A stretch of 64,000 nucleotides of DNA from a virus (taxonomy: Duplodnaviria; Caudoviricetes). The notes under the pieces are model-generated. The model saw nothing but the letters and a program-made list of their open reading frames with translations. It was not told the origin of the DNA and did no database searches. A program made the translations under genes and the position numbers. The stretch covers positions 1-64,000 of the IMG/VR virus record IMGVR_UViG_3300029288_000097; one strand, given 5' to 3'. Shown here piece after piece: positions 58,558 through 64,000 of this stretch. Each line of letters begins with the position of its first letter. The first letter of the stretch is position 1.

Positions 58558-59329
58558 TCTTGATATTCTGGGCTATGCCCCAAATGGTTTAACTGGAGTC
58601 ACAGTCGAACAGATAACGGCCAAGCTTAACGGTCGTAATTTTCCAGTCTCTATGCTCGACATAGATAGCATTCTTGATGATGCTCTTGGTCAGTTGAACC
58701 TATATTCTCCGATTACCATGTTTGCTCTATTCGAGACAGTAGCCGACCAGCAGGATTACTATATATTCGATCCTGATGATCCGATCACGTCTGGATTTGC
58801 TGAGCGAGCAACTGCAATTCGAGAGGTTTACTGGAATCCGACTACAGATTTCTTCGATATTAGCGTATTCTCACCAGGATGGACGGAGTTCAACCAAGTG
58901 CTGCTTCTAGCGACCAGCAACTTCCACCAGCCATCACAGATGATGATTCTTCGTGCTAAGATTCTAAAATGGAAAGATCAATTTGGAGATCAAGGACACG
59001 ACATTATAGGTGCTGTAGGTGAACCTGGCTCAGTTCTACGCTTATACCCTACACCAGTGGATACAGGCACGAAAGTGTTGGTAGAATACTCAGCTGGCAC
59101 TACTCTTGAACTTGTAGCAGCTGCTCAAATATCTGCTCTTATGGATTGGGTATGTTACTATGCAGCTGATGCCCTGGCAAATAAATATGCTACAACGGCA
59201 GGAATCACCTTACTCGGGTTTGCAGACTCTACATCAGCAATGCGTTATTGGGAAAATAAGGCAAAACAGTACAAAGCTGATGCACTCGAACGACAAGGTG
59301 GACTGCATGGAGAGGTAGCACGGTCATGA
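58550..59329 (+). CDS. head-tail adaptor/neck protein
   Basis: position; T.ADQQDY and LRLYPTP motifs. Confidence 0.55.
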   Translation: MADLDILGYAPNGLTGVTVEQITAKLNGRNFPVSMLDIDSILDDALGQLNLYSPITMFALFETVADQQDYYIFDPDDPITSGFAERATAIREVYWNPTTDFFDISVFSPGWTEFNQVLLLATSNFHQPSQMMILRAKILKWKDQFGDQGHDIIGAVGEPGSVLRLYPTPVDTGTKVLVEYSAGTTLELVAAAQISALMDWVCYYAADALANKYATTAGITLLGFADSTSAMRYWENKAKQYKADALERQGGLHGEVARS

Positions 59330-59808
59330 CGATCTATGCTGACTCCAGACAAGCAGCAATGCACGCTAGACTTGCACAGGTGCTCGGGGCATTGATCGAG
59401 CAAATGCCTGATAACGTCAAGTTTATCGATCTCTGGCGTCCTGCCGTAGTAGATCATTCGGGTTTCGCTGACGACCAAACTGAAGTTTGGGTACGCATGG
59501 CTGAAAATGTTTTTGCCTTTAAGATGGAAAAAGCCGAACACTGGGTGCATACTCCAGCAGGCAAAGTTATGAAACCTAAAGGCACATATCTTATTCTTGC
59601 CGATGATTATGGACTTATGCCGGACGATCATGTCATACTCGATGGTATACCCTACATTATCGATGAAGAAGAGGCCAATAGTAGTATTCAGAAACTAACA
59701 CTCGATAAACAGGGGAGCCGCTTTGTGCAGCCTACCAGAACTGATGTAGATGGTGTGCCTGCCAGTCTAACATATCGGCAAATAGGTATGAAAGCCAGGA
59801 TAGCATAA
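59326..59808 (+). CDS. head closure-like protein
   Basis: position; DDHVILDGIPYII. Confidence 0.5.
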   Translation: MTIYADSRQAAMHARLAQVLGALIEQMPDNVKFIDLWRPAVVDHSGFADDQTEVWVRMAENVFAFKMEKAEHWVHTPAGKVMKPKGTYLILADDYGLMPDDHVILDGIPYIIDEEEANSSIQKLTLDKQGSRFVQPTRTDVDGVPASLTYRQIGMKARIA

Positions 59809-60278
59809 TGGCACAGATGTCTCTTCTAAAATCAAAACGAGTTCCCAAAGCATCACTTGATCGACTCTGGAAAGATATACAACAAGCTGAAGTTGAGACA
59901 CTTAATGCGGCAAAACCAGTGGTAAATGAAGTCATTCGCTTTGTAGTAGGAACTCGATACTATGATCTTAAGACTCTTGCTCGTATGGGACATCCTTATG
60001 CAACACATGCTCCTGGTGGCTTAAATCCGGGTGTTATCAATGTCCAGAGTGGTGAGTTCTTTAGATCATTCCGAATAACTGGCCCTGAAGTTACACGATC
60101 TCGAACAACAATTTTTGTATCAAACTCTTCATGGAAAGGTGATCTGCTAATCGCCGGTGGTGGTAGAATGATACCTCGTCCATGGGACACATATTTGATG
60201 TGGCATCTACAAAGAGCACTTCGTCCTAAACTTGGTGCTTTATTTGCTTCACGCTTAAAACTGCGTAAACTTGATTAG
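59808..60278 (+). CDS. HK97 gp10-like neck/tail completion protein
   Basis: basic; SGEF.RS, GG.RMIPRP. Confidence 0.55.
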   Translation: MAQMSLLKSKRVPKASLDRLWKDIQQAEVETLNAAKPVVNEVIRFVVGTRYYDLKTLARMGHPYATHAPGGLNPGVINVQSGEFFRSFRITGPEVTRSRTTIFVSNSSWKGDLLIAGGGRMIPRPWDTYLMWHLQRALRPKLGALFASRLKLRKLD

Positions 60279-60288
60279 GTGGTCAACT

Positions 60289-60693
60289 ATGGCTGATGCC
60301 GGAGCATTCATAAATCAAATACGAAGTCGTATAGTAGAACAACCTCAGTTCACAACAGGTTTCAATGCCGAGCTGATCTATCGTCAATACTTGCCGACTG
60401 TAAAAGAGCCCAAGTTTCCTTGCATCACCTTGGTTTATGAAGAAGAAAGCGAGGAAGTATTTGCACCTCTCTCCAATGGTATGCTTTACATTGGAATACA
60501 TAAAAAAGATTTTAATGCGGTACAATCTGCTATCTATTGGATTGGACAATGCCTCCACAACTATATGGTTTCTGTGCCTGACGTAGTTACCATCTTCCAG
60601 TGCCATAAAAAAGGTACACCTCCATCTCCTGTATGGAATGACGATCAACAGTCATGGGGAGCTATGCTCGCCTTTGAAGTGAGATTTGGTTAG
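60289..60693 (+). CDS. tail terminator-like protein
   Basis: position; P.FPCIT. Confidence 0.5.
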   Translation: MADAGAFINQIRSRIVEQPQFTTGFNAELIYRQYLPTVKEPKFPCITLVYEEESEEVFAPLSNGMLYIGIHKKDFNAVQSAIYWIGQCLHNYMVSVPDVVTIFQCHKKGTPPSPVWNDDQQSWGAMLAFEVRFG

Positions 60694-60779
60694 AAAAATA
60701 GTTCCGACAGGACAGGTCTGACGCTTCCTTTTATGCTAAGCTAGTAGTGGCAAATCCTATAGAAAGGGAGACAAAGCTA

Positions 60780-61376
60780 ATGTCAGTCAACGTAGAGAAC
60801 ATCTCCCTTGGCATCGGTAACCTCGAACTCGGGTCTTTCACAGCCTCAGTATTCGATGGTTATACGGATGTAGGTGCTATCAAGAGTGAAGTAAACATCG
60901 AGCACACCCGCGAAGTGCTGGACTTTGAGTCTGGTCGTCCGCTGGTGACCCTGTTGCAGGAAGTCATTCGTGAATCTGTTACAGTCACAGCGACTCTCGC
61001 GGAACTCAGCCTTGCCACTCTTAAGATGGCCCTCGGCCAGGGGAACATCACATCGGGGACGACTACCTCATTCCTTGACGGATCGTCTGACGCTATGCGG
61101 GGTGATTTGCAATCCGGCAAAGTAGCTCTCGGCACTGGTGATCTGTTCAAGTTTGGTGGAACGCCCACACATGCGTATGTCGGCTTGCGCTTTACTCACC
61201 GTAAAGCCAGCGGAAAGCGACATATCTTTGAGGGCTATAAAGCGTCACCCCAGGGTGCACTTACCCTCCCATTCCGCGAGTCGGACTGGAACACTTATAG
61301 TGTAACGTTCCGACTCCTGGCAGACACGACAAAAGCAGCGGGAGAGCAGTACTACCAGCTCTTTATCGAGACGTAA
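60780..61376 (+). CDS. major tail tube protein
   Basis: NISLGIG.L, DVGAI, V.VTATLAEL, Y.VTF..L.D; position. Confidence 0.75.
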   Translation: MSVNVENISLGIGNLELGSFTASVFDGYTDVGAIKSEVNIEHTREVLDFESGRPLVTLLQEVIRESVTVTATLAELSLATLKMALGQGNITSGTTTSFLDGSSDAMRGDLQSGKVALGTGDLFKFGGTPTHAYVGLRFTHRKASGKRHIFEGYKASPQGALTLPFRESDWNTYSVTFRLLADTTKAAGEQYYQLFIET

Positions 61377-61381
61377 TTAAG

Positions 61382-61445
61382 TTGAGTTCTGTCGTGCCGG
61401 TATGCTATACTGAGAGCAGGTAATTGTACCAGATTACCTGCTCTC
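61382..61445 (+). promoter_or_regulatory. promoter with operator copy 10 downstream of the -10, inside a 13-bp hairpin
   Basis: TTGAGT-18-TATACT; CAGGTAATTGTACCAG at 61417-61432; GAGAGCAGGTAAT/ATTACCTGCTCTC. Confidence 0.7.
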
Positions 61446-61467
61446 AATTCATTTAGGAGGCATCAAA

Positions 61468-61983
61468 TTGGCTAAAGAAGAGAAAGACACAGCTGTAAAA
61501 CCGGAAAAGAAGTTCAAGTGGGATTCTACCTGTCTTGAACGCGATGAGTGCGAGATTGATCTGCGCAATGCTGATTCTAATGGACGGCCCTTTAAGTTTC
61601 TTGAGCTGTCACGCACTCCACTACTGAAGTTTGTTGAAGAGTGCATCGACCGGGAGTTTCTAAATGAAAAGGGTGAGCGTGAAGAGTTCACCAAAATTGC
61701 AGACTCACAGTTGGATGTACTTTGCCGGTATTTCTCAGAATCTACCAAGACCCCGAGTTTGGTAGTAAAGGGTGACTATGATCCCACAATGGATAAAAAT
61801 TACAGGTCACCTGAGTTCTTCAAAGAATTAGACATTACAGCTCGGGTATTCGGCGACCTGATTGAACAGTTCTTCAATGTGCAGCATCTTGAGGAGATAC
61901 TGTCAACGGGGGGAAACTGGCTGATGATTCCGACCGTCAGACGGGTTCAGAGACAGACGGAATCAGAAGACGCCAACAACTAG
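61468..61983 (+). CDS. tail assembly chaperone (G)
   Basis: between tube and tape measure genes; AGGAGG SD; slippery site near the 3' end. Confidence 0.75.
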   Translation: MAKEEKDTAVKPEKKFKWDSTCLERDECEIDLRNADSNGRPFKFLELSRTPLLKFVEECIDREFLNEKGEREEFTKIADSQLDVLCRYFSESTKTPSLVVKGDYDPTMDKNYRSPEFFKELDITARVFGDLIEQFFNVQHLEEILSTGGNWLMIPTVRRVQRQTESEDANN

Positions 61984-62315
61984 ACTCATCCTCGATCCCA
62001 GGTAGTGATTTTGCTGGAGTAGTTGATTGTATTACAGGTGATAAAGGCTGGTCATTAGAATATGTGCTCAGTCTTACATTTAGGCAAATAGCAACCTTAT
62101 GGGAACGCTACTGGGATCGAACTATGTGGAACCTGAATCAACAAGCCCGTCTTGGTGGTTTAGGATTGCTTGGTGGTCTCGGCAGTAGCAGCTCTACCGA
62201 TAATACTGAATCAGCCAATACCCAAAAAGTGATCGATGCGACATCAGATGATGGTGTGGCAGAAATGGTTGGTTTAGGACTTCCTGTGAAGTTCATACCA
62301 GCCCAAGAGGGTTAA
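61911..62315 (+). CDS. -1 frameshift extension of the tail chaperone (GT)
   Basis: in-frame G GGA AAC at 61911-61917; the -1 frame is open to TAA62315. Confidence 0.8.
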   Translation, partial: GKLADDSDRQTGSETDGIRRRQQLDSSSIPGSDFAGVVDCITGDKGWSLEYVLSLTFRQIATLWERYWDRTMWNLNQQARLGGLGLLGGLGSSSSTDNTESANTQKVIDATSDDGVAEMVGLGLPVKFIPAQEG

Positions 62316-62322
62316 GGTTACT

Positions 62323-64000
62323 ATGCGCATACCAATTGAGATAGATTCATCTGCAGTATCTCCAGGATTACGGCAAGCCGAAAATCTTGTTGATAGTGCA
62401 ATGGCTCGTATGCAAGCTCGAATCAATGCCGTCAAAGGCCCGTCCTTCGCTGGAGGAGCCGGAGGCGGTCTTGGTTTGGCTACTGATCTACGTCTGGCTA
62501 ATAAAGAGGTCAGTGGCATTGCAAAAACGCTCACTGGTATGGGTAGCCTTACTACAGGACTTGGAATAGGTGCAGCAGTCGGTGGAGCTGCACTGCTTGA
62601 ACAAAGTCTCGAACGATCTATCCGCAAGGCAAAAGAGTTTCAAACGGCTACATTGGCTATCGCGGCCACCATGGGTTCTATCGGCGAGTGGAAAAGTGGA
62701 CCTGGTGGCAAAGCTCTAGCTCCTGTTCAGCAAAACCAACGTAATATGTGGGAAGCTGAAAAATACAGGATGAAAATACTTGAGCGATCAGCCAAAAACA
62801 TCCTCACATTTGAAGAACAGCTTAGTGCTTTCCAAGCAGGGCTTTCTTCAGGTGCTCGAAAAGGTTTGAATCCTGACCAGATCATGAAGTTGACCGAGCA
62901 AACTGCCGTAGTTGCTAAAACTCTCGGTTTGCGCGGTGAGCAGATTGCAAACGCCTCACGTCTTATGATGGGTGGTGGTGTCAATATTGCACGTTCTACT
63001 ATAGGACGAGCTTTAGGTATCACCAATGCAGATATTGCTACCCGACAAGGACCAGAACTTGCTAAGTTTCTTAACCAACGCATGAAGGGTTTTGAAGCGA
63101 TGCAGGGACAGTTCGAGAACTCCATAGAAGGTTTAACCTCTACTCTGGAAGCTAAAATTGATGTACTAGCTTCCAGAGTTGGTGAAAAGTTCTTCAAGGG
63201 CATTGCACCTACAATGAAACAGATCGGGTTACTTGGTGAACCTGATCGTTCTGAGTATCGCTCTGATGCTGAATATAAGAAAGCTGTAGCCAGCTATCAG
63301 AAGCAATCACAGACAATGGATAAAGTTGTCGGAGCTGCTGCTGAAGCATTCAATGGTCTTTTTGAGGGAGTAAAAGGTGTCGTAGAATCGGACACATTCC
63401 AGACTCTACTCGAAGTGCTTGTACAGATAGCCAAGGTATCGAAGACTATTATGCTGGCAGCTATTTTCAGCAAAATAGCTGGTGCTGTCGGAGCTGCTAC
63501 TGGTGCTCTTCAAAAGTTTCTAGCTATGGCCCGTAGTGTAGGCACTATAGGTGGTGGAGGTGGTGGAACAGGTGCCAGTGGCATCATGCCAGCCGACATC
63601 GTAGCCAGTGTCTTGACAGGTGGTGGTCGTGGAGCCAGAGGTGTTGGTGCCCAAGGTCTTGGAGCTGAATTAGGTTTAGCTGGTTTTAGTGGAGCATCTG
63701 CAGAAGATGTTGCACGGCGTTTTGGTGTAAACCCAGAGGCCAAATATGCCACTCGTATGCGCCAGGTTCGAGGTATAGTTGGTGGTCGTTCTGCTATGGC
63801 TGAGGCAATGGTTATGGCTCTCGGCTATGGTGCTGCGGGTCTACCTCAAACTCAACGTTATGGTGCCAATTTCTCAGCTGAAGTAGAAAGACAGGCAAAA
63901 ATTGCCGGTAAGCGTGACTACTACAGTATCAAAGGTGGTATACGTGGCCTAAGCGAAGAGGAAGCTGTTCTCTCGAATAGATCACAATTTCTTGGTGGAA
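62323..64000 (+). CDS. tape measure protein (5' part; runs off the window, absent from ORF track)
   Basis: ATG62323 MRIPIEIDSSAVSPGLRQAE...; Ala/Gly-rich helical sequence; canonical position. Confidence 0.85.
   Translation, partial: MRIPIEIDSSAVSPGLRQAENLVDSAMARMQARINAVKGPSFAGGAGGGLGLATDLRLANKEVSGIAKTLTGMGSLTTGLGIGAAVGGAALLEQSLERSIRKAKEFQTATLAIAATMGSIGEWKSGPGGKALAPVQQNQRNMWEAEKYRMKILERSAKNILTFEEQLSAFQAGLSSGARKGLNPDQIMKLTEQTAVVAKTLGLRGEQIANASRLMMGGGVNIARSTIGRALGITNADIATRQGPELAKFLNQRMKGFEAMQGQFENSIEGLTSTLEAKIDVLASRVGEKFFKGIAPTMKQIGLLGEPDRSEYRSDAEYKKAVASYQKQSQTMDKVVGAAAEAFNGLFEGVKGVVESDTFQTLLEVLVQIAKVSKTIMLAAIFSKIAGAVGAATGALQKFLAMARSVGTIGGGGGGTGASGIMPADIVASVLTGGGRGARGVGAQGLGAELGLAGFSGASAEDVARRFGVNPEAKYATRMRQVRGIVGGRSAMAEAMVMALGYGAAGLPQTQRYGANFSAEVERQAKIAGKRDYYSIKGGIRGLSEEEAVLSNRSQFLGG

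Noticed and set aside
1-64000. Genome-wide genetic code change (stop-to-Gln or Asn-to-His)
   Set aside because: TAG, TGA and TAA all end genes at tightly packed boundaries. Conserved Asn (RNR NPC, GmhB TNQ) and His (HD, M15, ThyX) residues read normally.
1-64000. Integrase, transposase, diversity-generating retroelement or retron
   Set aside because: No recombinase, transposase or reverse transcriptase motifs were recognised in this window.

Overview
This is a gene-dense segment of a large tailed-phage (Caudoviricetes) genome read in the standard code. Almost everything is on the + strand, apart from a primase-helicase and an HTH gene at about 31.8-35.4 kb. From 1 to 31 kb lie accessory and nucleotide/sugar-metabolism genes. 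These include a dispersed heptose pathway (GmhA, GmhB, an HddA-type kinase, an HldE-type kinase and an NTP transferase), a glycosyltransferase/methyltransferase operon, a tmRNA, two tRNAs, dUTPase, ThyX, an M15 peptidase and DinG. From 32 to 45 kb is the replication module: primase-helicase, SNF2 helicase, SSB-like protein, family A polymerase with an N-terminal UDG-like domain, VRR-NUC, Cas4-like nuclease, class II RNR and dNMP kinase. From 45 to 64 kb is morphogenesis: TerL, a T4-like portal, a single DUF6582-protease-scaffold-major capsid polyprotein, neck and tail-tube genes, a frameshifted tail chaperone and the start of the tape measure gene. Secreted proteins carrying the GLLVRVWGKVT...IDDGSG domain suggest an Armatimonadota host (inference). 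The most notable observations are: (1) a phage heptose-synthesis and glycan-decoration system whose genes are physically coupled to tRNA-like RNAs; (2) a tRNA with a His-type body but an Asn anticodon; (3) a tmRNA with a 31-codon tag that overlaps the gmhB stop codon; (4) a capsid polyprotein with nested start codons and apparent Gln-specific rather than Glu-specific maturation sites; (5) a regulon marked by about ten CWGGTA-N4-TACCAG operators; and (6) a catalytically dead stand-alone HINT-like protein next to TerL. All family assignments come from motif recognition by eye; no searches were run.
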